Assembly: GCA_024278595.1 (NCBI GenBank)
Contig: JAJRSW010000053.1
Location: 4,488-68,487 of the forward strand
Source of the DNA: Fidelibacterota bacterium
Lineage (GTDB): Bacteria > Fidelibacterota > UBA8477 > JABMPR01
Direction: 5' to 3'
DNA: 64,000 nt
A program made the translations under genes and the position numbers. The stretch's first letter is position 1; the number at the start of each line of letters is the position of its first letter. Under the pieces are notes generated by a model, which did no database searches, had not been told where the DNA came from, and saw only the letters and a list, made by a program, of their open reading frames with translations. This document shows positions 47,954 to 58,353 of the stretch, piece after piece.

Positions 47954-48250
47954 TCACACCTATCTCTCTGGATATATCATACGAAAAGTGCACCATTTGG
48001 TGCACCAATTATTTTAATTCGAAGTGGCTCAGGAATTTGCTGTTTCAAGTGGAACGTTTGCTTTATTTCTCGCCTAATCACGTCACGCAATATACATAGC
48101 AACCTACCTGCCACAAGTGGCTATAATATGTTTTTACTGTTTTTTTACAAACGTCAGAACAGTGGTTCCCAACCTATACTGCAAGCTCTACTCCCGCGCC
48201 AACAGGAAGCCTGTCAGCACCAATCTCATGTAATAATAGTAGGGTTTTGC

Positions 48251-49576
48251 TTAGCTGATCAGGATTCTCTCAGCAAGCCAGGCCTGAAGGTCTGCTACAG
48301 GCACTCTTATCTGCTCCATGGAATCGCGATGGCGCACAGTCACAGCCTGATCCTCCAAGGTATCGAAATCAATGGTCACGCAATAGGGCGTACCAGCTTC
48401 ATCCATGCGACGATAACGACGTCCAATGGCTCCTTTTTCATCATAAAATACATTAAAATGGCGTTTTAATTGTTCCTTTAGATCCGTAGCATATTCCTTG
48501 AGACCCCCTTTCTTTACCAGGGGCAGGATTGCTACCTTGATGGGCGCAACCCGGGGATGAAAATGCATAACGGTGCGAACCGAGCCATCTTCCAGCGTTT
48601 CTTCTTCATAAGCTTCGCAGAGGATCGCCAGAGTTGTTCGGTCACAACCGGCTGAGGTCTCAATAATGAATGGTGTATACTTCTCATTTGTATGTGGGTC
48701 TCGATACCCCATACTTTTCCCGGAAAACTTTTCATGCTGGCGCAAGTCAAAATCAGAACGATTGTGGATACCTTCCAACTCATTCCAGCCAATGGGAAAT
48801 TTGTATTCAATATCAAAAGCGGCTCGGGCATAATGGGCCAGTTCATCGGGTCCATGTTCTTCGAATCGTAAGTTTTCCCGGCTGATCCCAATGGTGTCAT
48901 AGAAGGCCATTCGACGTTCTTTCCAGGTTTCGAACCACGCATCAGATTCATCTGGTTTGACAAAGAACTGCATCTCCATCTGCTCGAACTCACGGGTCCG
49001 AAAAATAAAGTTGCCGGGGGTGATCTCGTTTCTGAAAGCCTTGCCGATCTGCGCTATTCCAAAAGGAATCTGTTGGCGGGAAGTATCGACCACATTGGGG
49101 AAATTAACAAAAATTCCCTGGGCTGTTTCTGGTCTGAGATAAATGTCAGATGCCGTACCCTCAACAGCGCCCATTTGGGTTTTGAACATGAGATTGAATT
49201 GACGGGAATCAGTCAGCTCTCCACCACATTCCGGACATGCATGTGATCGCAGGGTTTCCTCAGAAAGTGTATCTTCCCGGAACCGGGTCTTACAAGCCTT
49301 GCAATCTACCAGCGGATCGGTAAAGCCCCCGACGTGACCACTGGCCTCCCAGACCTTCGGATGCATGAGAATGGCTGCATCCAGTCCCACAATATTATCA
49401 TGCTCACGGGTCATGGCATGCCACCACATCTGTTTGACATTGAGTTTTAGCTCAACGCCCAGTGGACCATAATCGTAGCAGGCATTGATACCGCCATATA
49501 TCTCACTTGACTGAAAGATAAAACCCCGGCGTTTTGCCAGAGAGACCAGTTTGTCAAAGCTTTCTAATCGTGCCAT
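48251..49576 (-). CDS. glyQS: glycine--tRNA ligase, alpha2 homodimeric type
   Basis: N-terminus [29 protein letters not shown] and class II aaRS motifs. An insertion with a Cys cluster. 441 aa. Confidence 0.9.
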   Translation of the reverse strand: MARLESFDKLVSLAKRRGFIFQSSEIYGGINACYDYGPLGVELKLNVKQMWWHAMTREHDNIVGLDAAILMHPKVWEASGHVGGFTDPLVDCKACKTRFREDTLSEETLRSHACPECGGELTDSRQFNLMFKTQMGAVEGTASDIYLRPETAQGIFVNFPNVVDTSRQQIPFGIAQIGKAFRNEITPGNFIFRTREFEQMEMQFFVKPDESDAWFETWKERRMAFYDTIGISRENLRFEEHGPDELAHYARAAFDIEYKFPIGWNELEGIHNRSDFDLRQHEKFSGKSMGYRDPHTNEKYTPFIIETSAGCDRTTLAILCEAYEEETLEDGSVRTVMHFHPRVAPIKVAILPLVKKGGLKEYATDLKEQLKRHFNVFYDEKGAIGRRYRRMDEAGTPYCVTIDFDTLEDQAVTVRHRDSMEQIRVPVADLQAWLAERILIS

Positions 49577-49598
49577 TTCATTCTCTCAATTCTGGTAT

Positions 49599-51263
49599 TT
49601 ATTCAGATTCAATATCACTGACATTGATCTCGTGCTTACATTTTGGACACAAGGCGTAGTCGCCCTTCTTCTTGGTGGATTTTGCCACCATATAAGGGTT
49701 TTCACACGCTGGACATTTGTGGGCGATTGGTGGGTCCCAGCTAACAAAATCACAATCCGGATATTTGGTACAGCCATAAAAAGTCCGCCCCCGTTTTGAG
49801 CGTCGTGGAGATATCTCTCCCTTGCAATCCGGCTTTGGGCAGGGCATTAAGATGGTAAAGGGTTTGGTGAATTTGCACTTTGGATACGCTGAACACGCAT
49901 AAAACTTTCCGTAGCGACCATCTCTCAGGATCAGCGGTGATTCACACTTCTCACATTTTCCATAATCCTTGGCTTCCTCCCCATCACCTTCTGTTCCAGA
50001 CTTAGGACCATCCAGGGGTCGGGCATTACGACAGCTTGGAAAACCGGAGCAAGCCAGAAATTGTCCATTCTTACTCCATTTGACTACCATTGGTTTTCCA
50101 CATTTTTCACACAGCTCCCCACTATCCTGTTGCAAGGACTGCTTTATTTCGCTATACGATTTGGAAGAAGCTTCCAGCCATTTTTCCAACAGCGCCCAGA
50201 ATTCCTGCATGATATCGAGATAAGTGAGCTGGCCTTCTTCTACCTTATCCAGACGACTTTCCATCTCACGGGTAAATGTTTTATTTACCAGCTCGGAAAA
50301 GTTGTCAACCAGTAACTTGTTGGTCACCTTACCCAGTTCTGTGGGGAACAGTTTACGCTTCTCAGAGCGTACATAATTTCTGGCCTGAACCACCGAGATA
50401 ATATTTGCATAGGTAGACGGACGACCAATACCTTCCTTATCAAGCACCTTGACCAGACTGCTTTCGGTATAGGGTGCCGGGGGTTTGGTGAAATGCTGAT
50501 CCGCATCCACCTGGAGCAATCCTAAAATGTCACCTGCTTTCAGATCTGCCGGGAGATGACTCTCTTTCTCTTCCTCTTTTTCAAAATAAACTTTACGATA
50601 GCCATCGAAGACCAGATCTGAACCAGCGGCTCTTAATCCAAATCGCTTCCCGGCCTGGATCTCGATGGAGGATTGGTCAAATACGGCCACAGCCATTTGG
50701 GAAGCAGTGAAGCGTCTCCAAATCAGATCATATAGTTTTGCCTGGGGGCTGGTCAGGGATGCTTTGACCAGATCAGGATGGAGCGCCGGATTGGCCGGTC
50801 TGATGGCTTCATGGGCATCCTGGGTCTTAGCCGCCTTACTTTTTCCAAACGGGCGCCCTTTGGCAGGCAGATACTTCGAACCGAGGGTCTCCTTTACATG
50901 AGTCCTGATGGTCTCAATTGCCGAGCTGGCGACCCGGGTTGAATCGGTTCGCATGTAGGTAATTAACCCGGTGGTCTCACCATCCTGCAAGGTTACGCCT
51001 TCGTAGAGTTGTTGCGCCAGGGTCATGGTCCGCTTAGTGGTAAATCCTAATTTTTGAAAAGCAGCCTGCTGCAAGGTACTGGTGGTAAATGGGGCGTGAG
51101 GATTACGACGGACTCGTTTCTTCTCAACTGAGCTGATAGTGAAAGTTTCCTCCTTCAGCTCATGGCGCAGGTCCATAGCGATGGTCTCATTAGGTATGTA
51201 AGCCTTTTTTCCATCAACTTTTTGAAGTTCGGCCTCAAAGCCATGCTTCTTTTCAGTTTCCAC
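49599..51263 (-). CDS. topA: DNA topoisomerase I, C-terminal ~555 codons (same frame as the N-terminal fragment, separated by an in-frame TAA)
   Basis: Topo IA domains II-IV and three C4 zinc ribbons (CEKCGKPM..C..C, CEKCESPL.., CPKPDC..). Its N-terminal extension reads IDRFEPQEYWTIKTEV upstream of the annotated start and continues the TopA alignment. Confidence 0.85.
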   Translation of the reverse strand: METEKKHGFEAELQKVDGKKAYIPNETIAMDLRHELKEETFTISSVEKKRVRRNPHAPFTTSTLQQAAFQKLGFTTKRTMTLAQQLYEGVTLQDGETTGLITYMRTDSTRVASSAIETIRTHVKETLGSKYLPAKGRPFGKSKAAKTQDAHEAIRPANPALHPDLVKASLTSPQAKLYDLIWRRFTASQMAVAVFDQSSIEIQAGKRFGLRAAGSDLVFDGYRKVYFEKEEEKESHLPADLKAGDILGLLQVDADQHFTKPPAPYTESSLVKVLDKEGIGRPSTYANIISVVQARNYVRSEKRKLFPTELGKVTNKLLVDNFSELVNKTFTREMESRLDKVEEGQLTYLDIMQEFWALLEKWLEASSKSYSEIKQSLQQDSGELCEKCGKPMVVKWSKNGQFLACSGFPSCRNARPLDGPKSGTEGDGEEAKDYGKCEKCESPLILRDGRYGKFYACSAYPKCKFTKPFTILMPCPKPDCKGEISPRRSKRGRTFYGCTKYPDCDFVSWDPPIAHKCPACENPYMVAKSTKKKGDYALCPKCKHEINVSDIESE

Positions 51264-51308
51264 CTCAGTTTTGATGGTCCAGTATTCCTGAGGCTCAAAT
51301 CTGTCGAT

Positions 51309-51875
51309 TTATTCCTGACGTTCGCAGATCAAACGCAGGGCCACAGACTGGACCCGTCCAGCGCTTAAGCCTGAGTATAAAACTCTCCACAGGAAAGGAC
51401 TCACTTTGAAACCTACCAGGCGGTCAATGATGCGCCGGGCCTGTTGAGCATTTACCAGATTCATGTCCAGGTCGGTGGCATTACGCATGCCTTCCAGAAC
51501 GCCTTCTTTGGTGATCTCATAAAACATGACCCGATGGATCGGTTTGTTTAAATTTTTCAAAATGCGGGTCACATGCCAGCCAATGGCCTCACCTTCGCGG
51601 TCAGGGTCAGTTGCCACAAATACCTGACTTGCTTTTCGGGCAGCTTCCTTCAGGGCATCAACATTTTTCTTTTTACCCGGTATGATCACATATAGGGGTT
51701 TAAAATCAGCTTTAAGATCTACACCCAATTGGGTTCGGGGTAGATCCCGGATATGACCAACGGTAGATAGGACCTGATATTCATCCCCCAAATATTTACG
51801 GATAGTACTGGCTTTGGAGGGTGATTCGACGATGACTAGATTTTGTGACATGGGCTTCCTTTGGGCTTCAATCAT
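51309..51875 (-). CDS. topA: DNA topoisomerase I, N-terminal Toprim fragment (terminated by in-frame TAA at 51306-51308)
   Basis: MSQNLVIVESPSKASTIRKYLG..VGHIRDLP Toprim domain. It ends ..GRVQSVALRLICERQE-stop exactly where intact TopA continues (E. coli VVEREREIKAF). Confidence 0.85.
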   Translation of the reverse strand: MIEAQRKPMSQNLVIVESPSKASTIRKYLGDEYQVLSTVGHIRDLPRTQLGVDLKADFKPLYVIIPGKKKNVDALKEAARKASQVFVATDPDREGEAIGWHVTRILKNLNKPIHRVMFYEITKEGVLEGMRNATDLDMNLVNAQQARRIIDRLVGFKVSPFLWRVLYSGLSAGRVQSVALRLICERQE

Positions 51876-52362
51876 TTTAACTCACAGATAATATTCCGCG
51901 ACTCAAGTAAAAGCAATACCTGGTATACCTGCTTTTTAGCATGCATTATTTGCTACAGACCCAGACTTTTGGGCATCCCTGGAGCTGATGTTGCCGTTCC
52001 ACCACAAATCCCCGGAGATCGTTTGATGAGCACTTCCTTACCCATCTTGAAGCACACCCCTGTATTAGTTTTTTGACTTTACCAGGTGCTCCTCCCCGAG
52101 TATTTATGTCATATTCAGCTCTAAAGTAGCTGTCAAATCCAAAATATTTTTCTGGTTTGCAAATCCCGACCGAAACCATCCCGCCTCAGAAACCCTGAGT
52201 ATTTGGCCTTGGGATGACCTGAAAATGGAAAAGATGCAGCAGTTAGGTGCCAGTTAGAAGTGTAATTGGTATTTCACATTTTCTTAGCACAAACCAGCCC
52301 GCTCCCCCGGGAACTGTTTTTACGGTTTAGTCTGAATCTTGATCGTCACTCACCACGCTAAT

Positions 52363-53382
52363 TTACGAGTCAGAATAACCCTGGGGATTGTTTGACTGCC
52401 AACGCCAGGCATCCTCACACATCTCTGCAATGCCTCGGGTGGCTTTCCACCCGAATACTTCAGCGGCTTTTTGGGTAGCAGCGTAACATTGAGCGATGTC
52501 ACCATCGCGGCGACCCACAATCTGATAAGTGACTTTTTTACCGGATGCCAGCTCAAAGGCTTTAACCAGTTCCAGGACACTATATCCTGAACCGGTACCT
52601 AGATTCACTGTCACCAAACCAGGACTGGTTGATAAATGTTCCAGAGCTCTGATATGACCCAGTGCCAGATCCACCACGTGGATATAATCCCGAACGCCGG
52701 TTCCATCCGGAGTCTGATAATCATCACCAAATATTGAAAGCTGTTTGAGTTTGCCAACCGCTACTTGAGAGATATAGGGCATGAGATTATTGGGGATCCC
52801 ATTGGGGTCTTCACCAATCCGGCCGCTCTTATGAGCACCCACCGGGTTGAAATACCGTAAAATCGCAATGTCCCAACCGGCATCAGAAACATACAGATCG
52901 CGGAGCATCTCTTCGATGATCAGTTTGGAGCGTCCATAGGGATTGGTGGCAGATATGGGGAAATCTTCAGTGATGGGCACTGAAGCCGGATCACCATAGA
53001 CAGTCGCAGAGGAAGAGAATACCAGCCGTTTTACCTCATTACTCTGCATCACTTCCAGGAGGTTAAGTGTTCCGGTCAAGTTATTCTGATAATAATTAAG
53101 CGGCATGGTCATTGATTCCCCTACCGCTTTAAGACCGGCAAAATGGACCACCGCATCAATTTCATGTAGCTCAAATACTCGATCCAACTCTGGCTTGTTC
53201 AATAGATCAAGCTCATGGAAGCTCACCGATTTTCCAGTAAGCTCTTCAACACGTTTTAATGACTCACGGCTACTGTTGGAGAGGTTGTCTACCACCACTA
53301 CCTGATTACCATTCTCCAATAATTCCAGCGAAGTGTGACTTCCGATATAACCAGCACCACCGGTAACTAGGATATTTGACAT
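52363..53382 (-). CDS. galE: UDP-glucose 4-epimerase
   Basis: [17 protein letters not shown] Rossmann motif. Catalytic YxxxK region. About 340 aa. Start set at the conserved MSNILVTGG rather than the upstream in-frame Met. Confidence 0.9.
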   Translation of the reverse strand: MSNILVTGGAGYIGSHTSLELLENGNQVVVVDNLSNSSRESLKRVEELTGKSVSFHELDLLNKPELDRVFELHEIDAVVHFAGLKAVGESMTMPLNYYQNNLTGTLNLLEVMQSNEVKRLVFSSSATVYGDPASVPITEDFPISATNPYGRSKLIIEEMLRDLYVSDAGWDIAILRYFNPVGAHKSGRIGEDPNGIPNNLMPYISQVAVGKLKQLSIFGDDYQTPDGTGVRDYIHVVDLALGHIRALEHLSTSPGLVTVNLGTGSGYSVLELVKAFELASGKKVTYQIVGRRDGDIAQCYAATQKAAEVFGWKATRGIAEMCEDAWRWQSNNPQGYSDS

Positions 53383-53665
53383 AAATCTTCTTTCTTGATT
53401 AAGCCTTGATGGATGATATAAAAGCCAAAGTTCGTCCGCCCGAGCGGAGTCCAAGGCTCTACAAAGCTTAGTTGGTTCAATTCAAAGCTGGTATTCACAC
53501 ATGTATTCTCATATTCAGTCGCATATCAACAATCCACCTCTCGACTGCGCTTCAGTCTTCGCTCTCCGAGCTATGCCCGACAGGCGGGGTGACGAGAAAT
53601 GTGCCCGGTTTCCAGATTCCAAACCGTTATCACTTATTTTTGAAAGCTCCGGACGCACAAATGTT

Positions 53666-54865
53666 TCAACGATAGGCTGGGATGCCCGTAATACTTTCAC
53701 CGACAACCAGCGTGTGCATTTCATGAGTACCCTCATAAGTTAAAACTGATTCCAGATTCGCGGCATGCCGCATGGCAACATATTCATCAGTTATGCCGCT
53801 GGCACCCAGTATGGTCCTGGCCGATCGGGCGATCTCAATGGCCATCCGAACATTATTCATCTTGGAAAGACTGACTTGGTTGTGATTCAAGGTCTCACGG
53901 TCTTTTAGACGGCCTAATTGCAAGGTCATTAATTGGGCTTTGGTGATCTCATTCAGCATTTCAGCCAGTTTTTGCTGGGTTAATTGAAAGGCTGCGATGG
54001 GTTTATCAAACTGAATTCTGGTTTTTGCATATTCAACGGCTTCTTCATAACAGTCCATGGCGGCTCCCATAACCCCCCAATTAATACCATATCGAGCCTG
54101 GGTAAGACAGCTTAATGGGGCTCGTAGTCCCTTGGCATTCGGGAGTCGGTTCTCCTGAGGTATCCGGCAGTTATTAAGTATGATCTCACCTGTGATGGAG
54201 GCTCGGAGTGAAAGTTTCCCCTTGATCTCAGGGGTTTCAAAACCGGCTGTGTTACGCTCGACCAGAAAGCCCTGGACCTCACTTGATTCAACCTTGGCCC
54301 AGATCACAGCCAGGTCAGCGACTGGCGAATTGGTGATCCACATTTTAGTACCGTTCAATATGTAACTGTCACCATCCCGGATGGCTCGGGTAAGCATGCC
54401 GCCCGGATTTGACCCAAAGTCCGGTTCAGTCAGACCAAAACAGCCAATTTTGTCACCTGAGGCAAGCAATGGCAGCCATTGGTCCCGCTGCTCTTTTGAG
54501 CCATATTTCCAGATCGGCCACATAACCAGGGCCCCCTGGACCGATGCAAAACTACGCAAGCCCGAGTCCCCCCGCTCCAACTCCTGCAGCATAAGACCAT
54601 AGGCTACATTATTCAGACCGGCTACCCCATATTCTTCGGGAAGATTAGAGCCAAAGAAGCCCATTTCACCCATTTCGGTTCTGAGATCCATGGGAAAGGT
54701 TCCCTGACGAAAATATTCAGCAATCCCGGGGCGAAATTTATTTTTCACCCATGCATGGGTCATATTCTGAACAGCTATCTCTTCATCACTCAGCAGACTT
54801 GAGAGATCAAAAAAATCAGGTCCAATAATTTTAGCAGGCATGGTGCGCTCCCTTTTCGGCTCCAA
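53666..54865 (-). CDS. gcdH: glutaryl-CoA dehydrogenase
   Basis: Near-colinear similarity to GCDH: GCFGLTEPDFGSNPGGMLTRA, NGTKMWITNSPVADLAVIWAK, YEGTHEMHTLVVGESITGIPAY. Confidence 0.85.
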   Translation of the reverse strand: MEPKRERTMPAKIIGPDFFDLSSLLSDEEIAVQNMTHAWVKNKFRPGIAEYFRQGTFPMDLRTEMGEMGFFGSNLPEEYGVAGLNNVAYGLMLQELERGDSGLRSFASVQGALVMWPIWKYGSKEQRDQWLPLLASGDKIGCFGLTEPDFGSNPGGMLTRAIRDGDSYILNGTKMWITNSPVADLAVIWAKVESSEVQGFLVERNTAGFETPEIKGKLSLRASITGEIILNNCRIPQENRLPNAKGLRAPLSCLTQARYGINWGVMGAAMDCYEEAVEYAKTRIQFDKPIAAFQLTQQKLAEMLNEITKAQLMTLQLGRLKDRETLNHNQVSLSKMNNVRMAIEIARSARTILGASGITDEYVAMRHAANLESVLTYEGTHEMHTLVVGESITGIPAYR

Positions 54866-55000
54866 AGGTAAACGCTGGCTATATCAGCGAAACAAAAATG
54901 ATTAGGTGAAACCAGTTTAGTCACTGCCCCGCAGTTCTGGAAACTGGTTGAGATTGATTTTAATCATTTCGCATTTGCAAAAATGGCATAATATCACCCC

Positions 55001-55726
55001 ATGCAAAACGAGCCAATTTTTAAATTCACAGATGTCTCTTATGTGGTTGGTGGAAGTAAAATCCTCCAGGGAATAAATTTTGTGGTCCACAAGGGTGAGT
55101 TTTTGGCTGTGCTGGGGGCCTCTGGTGCCGGAAAAAGCACCCTGCTTAGAATGTTCAATGCCTTACAGAGCCCCAATAGTGGGCAGATCAATTTTCGAGG
55201 ACAGGCTATTGATACGGATATTCCCTGTCTGCGCAAAAATGTCGGCATCCTGTTCCAGAATTCGGTGGTCTTCAGTGGTAAGGTTAAAGACAATCTGTTG
55301 GCAGCCGGTCGCTGGGATCAAAATATCGCACAGACCCTGGATCATGAGCTCATCTCCGCTCTGGAGCAGGTTGAACTGGGAAACATTGAGCTAAGCCATA
55401 ACGCGCAGGATCTTTCAGGAGGTGAGCAACAGCGCTTGGCTCTTGCTCGCACGCTACTGAATCATCCCCAGGTGCTGCTTTTGGATGAGCCAACCTCCAA
55501 TCTTGATCCAAAACTCGCGCGCTCAATTATGGATCTGGTAAACAAATTGCGCGAAACTTTGCATTTAACAGTGATCGCTGTATCGCATGACCATCTGCTC
55601 ATGCGCCGGTATGCCCAACGTGTGATGGTATTATCTCAGGGACAGAAGATCGGTGAGGGAACCTTTAAAGCGTTGGATCAGAAACAGGTCTTTGAGGAAG
55701 CTGGTTTAATGGAAGATTCGGACTAG
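55001..55726 (+). CDS. ABC transporter ATP-binding protein (FetA/YbbL-like)
   Basis: Walker A GASGAGKSTLL, signature LSGGEQQRLALAR, Walker B LLLDEPTSNLD. 241 aa. Coupled to a UPF0014-type permease. Confidence 0.8.
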   Translation: MQNEPIFKFTDVSYVVGGSKILQGINFVVHKGEFLAVLGASGAGKSTLLRMFNALQSPNSGQINFRGQAIDTDIPCLRKNVGILFQNSVVFSGKVKDNLLAAGRWDQNIAQTLDHELISALEQVELGNIELSHNAQDLSGGEQQRLALARTLLNHPQVLLLDEPTSNLDPKLARSIMDLVNKLRETLHLTVIAVSHDHLLMRRYAQRVMVLSQGQKIGEGTFKALDQKQVFEEAGLMEDSD

Positions 55727-55727
55727 C

Positions 55728-56528
55728 ATGAATTCTGATTTCTATATCCTGACCTGGAACGATCTCATCGTTTCCCTGGTATTCATTGCCTTCTCGCTAT
55801 TCCTGATTAAAAAGTGGAAATTGGGACTGGAACAAACCCTGATCATCGGCACGTTCCGTTCCTTTTTACAATTGACGCTTATGGGCTATGTGCTAACCTG
55901 GTTTTTCGACCAGCAGCATTGGGCTTTCATGCTGGGGCTACTCTTTATCATGATCCTCATCGCCAGTTATGAAGGGACCAGGCGCCAAAAGAACGAAATA
56001 CCTCATTTTTTCTCAGCCATGTTCATCGCCTTATTTGGCTCAGCGATCCTTATTCTGGGGACCATCCTGCTCTTTATTCTGGAAGTCGAACCCTGGTATT
56101 CACCTTATGCAGCAATACCGATCGGTGGAATGATCATCGGCAATGGCTTGAATTCAACCTCACTCACGGCAAACCGGTTTATCGGCGAGTTGAAGCATCG
56201 TGAGCGGGAGATCGAGACGCTCTTAGCCCTGGGAGCGACACCCAAATTAGCAGCCTACGATGCCATGAAGGCTTCCATCCAGGCAGCGCTCATACCCAAT
56301 ATTAATGGGATGATGACGGTGGGTCTGGTCCAGCTTCCCGGAGTTATGACGGGGCAGATCCTGGCCGGTATCGATCCGGTGATCGCCGTCCGTTATCAGA
56401 TCATGATCATGTATATGTGGTTTACCACAGCAACGCTGGCCAACATGATCATGCTGGCCATTGTATACCGTCAATTCTTTACGAATAAAATGCAGCTCAG
56501 ACGTGAGCTGCTCAGGGACAATTCTTAG
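55728..56528 (+). CDS. ABC exporter permease, UPF0014/FetB (YbbM)-like
   Basis: About 7 TM helices. Starts 2 nt after the ATPase gene. Size and TM pattern of FetB-family iron-export permeases. Confidence 0.55.
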   Translation: MNSDFYILTWNDLIVSLVFIAFSLFLIKKWKLGLEQTLIIGTFRSFLQLTLMGYVLTWFFDQQHWAFMLGLLFIMILIASYEGTRRQKNEIPHFFSAMFIALFGSAILILGTILLFILEVEPWYSPYAAIPIGGMIIGNGLNSTSLTANRFIGELKHREREIETLLALGATPKLAAYDAMKASIQAALIPNINGMMTVGLVQLPGVMTGQILAGIDPVIAVRYQIMIMYMWFTTATLANMIMLAIVYRQFFTNKMQLRRELLRDNS

Positions 56529-56755
56529 ACTAACCCTTCAGCTCCCAGAAATTTATCAGTTTCAGCTACGTGTTTTTTAAAGTCTTCCCAGAGTGCAGGA
56601 GCTACAGTAATGCCCTTCTGAGTTGGACGCCATTCATCCTCATCTGCCAGATAATGAATGCGAAAATCCACATAGGTCCGGCCTTTGAACTCCTTCACCT
56701 GAATAATTATTTTTTCTGTTTCGCTTCGTTCTACTTCACCAATGATCTTTTCCAT
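56525..56755 (-). CDS. PC4/YdbC-like ssDNA-binding protein (transcriptional coactivator p15 fold)
   Basis: IQVKEFKGRTYVDFRIHYLADEDEWRPTQKGITVAPALWEDFKKHV matches the PC4 beta-beta-beta-beta-alpha core (..kg..yvdiR.y..dg...ptkKGisl....w..l). Confidence 0.5.
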   Translation of the reverse strand: MEKIIGEVERSETEKIIIQVKEFKGRTYVDFRIHYLADEDEWRPTQKGITVAPALWEDFKKHVAETDKFLGAEGLV

Positions 56756-56898
56756 TTTATCTTTCCTTTTCTATTTGTCTTTCTGAGGGGACCGAAGAAT
56801 CTTTACCCCTGTTTTCTGAAAATAATTTTAGCCTGTTCTGGCGATCCTTCGTTTCACTCAGGAAGACTAACTGAGTAATTATTGTATAAAAATTTCAC

Positions 56899-57264
56899 TT
56901 ACTTCACCCACTTATCATCAAACTCATCAGCCTGGAACCCAAAAGAACCGGTTTCACCTTTTATAATAAAAGGTCGTTTGATCAGGTTGGGGTCCTGGAG
57001 CATCAATTCAATTGCTCTGGCTTTATCCGGGATATTTTGGCCCAATTTTAACTCCCGGTAAATGGCGCTGCGTGAATTCAGATATGGCTTAATATTATCA
57101 GCATCCATAAATTTCTCAAGCTGATCCCGGCTGGGCGGCCTGTTGATGATGTCGACTATTTCAAAATCAACTTTATGCTCATTCAAGTAAATCTGCGCTT
57201 TTTTGCAGGTTCCGCAGGTCTTTTTATCAAAAAATACTGGCTGCATCTTTTTATCCTTTATCAA
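56899..57264 (-). CDS. ArsC/Spx-family thioredoxin-fold protein (YffB-like)
   Basis: N-terminal CGTC(K) motif in MQPVFFDKKTCGTCKKAQIYLNEH and an ArsC-family fold signature. 121 aa. Confidence 0.7.
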   Translation of the reverse strand: MIKDKKMQPVFFDKKTCGTCKKAQIYLNEHKVDFEIVDIINRPPSRDQLEKFMDADNIKPYLNSRSAIYRELKLGQNIPDKARAIELMLQDPNLIKRPFIIKGETGSFGFQADEFDDKWVK

Positions 57265-57406
57265 ACAAATTTAACGACAGATCTTCGCAAATGCTCAGAA
57301 GAAGTACCCCGATTCTGAGATTGCCGCGTCCCATGGGCTCGCGAGACGATCATATAAATTTTTCTTTCAAACTACAACCTTAAATAATTTCAGCCAGGTC
57401 CGATTC

Positions 57407-57682
57407 CTAATACCGAATTTCGAATCCATGGTAATCCCCACTGTATTTCTGAGCATGTTCTTCCAGGCCGTCCACACTTGACCAGCGATTCCCTGTTTTT
57501 AGCAGTTTGATGAATTCGATCAACAAACCATGATCACCTTCAGCCAATCCGACAACCGACCCATCCGGGTTATTTTTGACCCAGCCGGAGAGCCCTAACT
57601 GCCGGCCGGCGCTTTGGACAAAAGCTCTGAATCCAACACCTTGGACGCGTCCGGTAACTCGAAATACGATAGCGGTATCCAT
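57407..57682 (-). CDS. acyP: acylphosphatase
   Basis: VTGRVQGVGFRAFV and GWVKNNPDGSV signatures. 91 aa. Confidence 0.85.
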   Translation of the reverse strand: MDTAIVFRVTGRVQGVGFRAFVQSAGRQLGLSGWVKNNPDGSVVGLAEGDHGLLIEFIKLLKTGNRWSSVDGLEEHAQKYSGDYHGFEIRY

Positions 57683-57684
57683 AA

Positions 57685-58353
57685 CTACTGCTTTTTATTA
57701 ATGGCTGCTTCCGGCAGAACTGAAGGACAGAATTCAGCCAGCACACAGACATGACACTGGGGTCTTCTGGCAATGCACACAGCCCGGCCATGATCGATGA
57801 TCAGGTGAGTGAACATGACCCAGTGGTCCTGGTCAATGATCTTCTGCAGTTCATACTCGATCTTCACCGCATCCTTCTGTTGGGTGAATCGCAGCAGATT
57901 GGCGATACGGATAACATGGGTATCAACCACTAATCCGGGAATGTGGAATCCTGTGCCAAGGACCACATTGGCCGTTTTACGACCAACTCCAGGCAGTTTG
58001 ACCAGCGCGTCCAGATCAGCCGGCACCTCACCACCATGTTCCTCCAGCAGGGTCCGGGCACAGGCGCTCATGTTCTTAGATTTGCTGTTAAAAAAACCCG
58101 TGGAGCGCACCAGATCAGCCAGATGTTCAATCGAGGCACCAGCCATAGCGGTTGCCGTTGGATAAAACTTAAACAACTGGGGAGTCACCTTGTTCACCCG
58201 GTCATCGGTACACTGGGCCGAGAGCATGGTTGATATAAGTAATTGGAAGGGTGAACGATGTTCCAAACTGCACTTTGAGTCCGGGTAACTTTCATATAAA
58301 CGATTCAGGGTCCGGCGCAGGCGTTCCTGTTTATTTTCCAGGGACTCTCTCAT
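57685..58353 (-). CDS. nth: endonuclease III (DNA glycosylase/AP lyase)
   Basis: HhH-GPD motif LPGVGRKTANVVL and a C-terminal 4Fe-4S cluster loop CIARRPQCHVCVLAEFC. Confidence 0.9.
   Translation of the reverse strand: MRESLENKQERLRRTLNRLYESYPDSKCSLEHRSPFQLLISTMLSAQCTDDRVNKVTPQLFKFYPTATAMAGASIEHLADLVRSTGFFNSKSKNMSACARTLLEEHGGEVPADLDALVKLPGVGRKTANVVLGTGFHIPGLVVDTHVIRIANLLRFTQQKDAVKIEYELQKIIDQDHWVMFTHLIIDHGRAVCIARRPQCHVCVLAEFCPSVLPEAAINKKQ

Noticed and set aside
49599-51875. Interpreting the two topA ORFs as separate genes or a gene fusion/fission
   Set aside because: Both fragments are in the same frame and the alignment to TopA is continuous across the single TAA codon. It is one interrupted gene, not two genes.
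57570-58233. ORFs 57570..57791(-), 57751..57933(+), 57809..58165(+), 57943..58233(+) overlapping acyP and nth
   Set aside because: They overlap two well-supported conserved genes and have no independent support.
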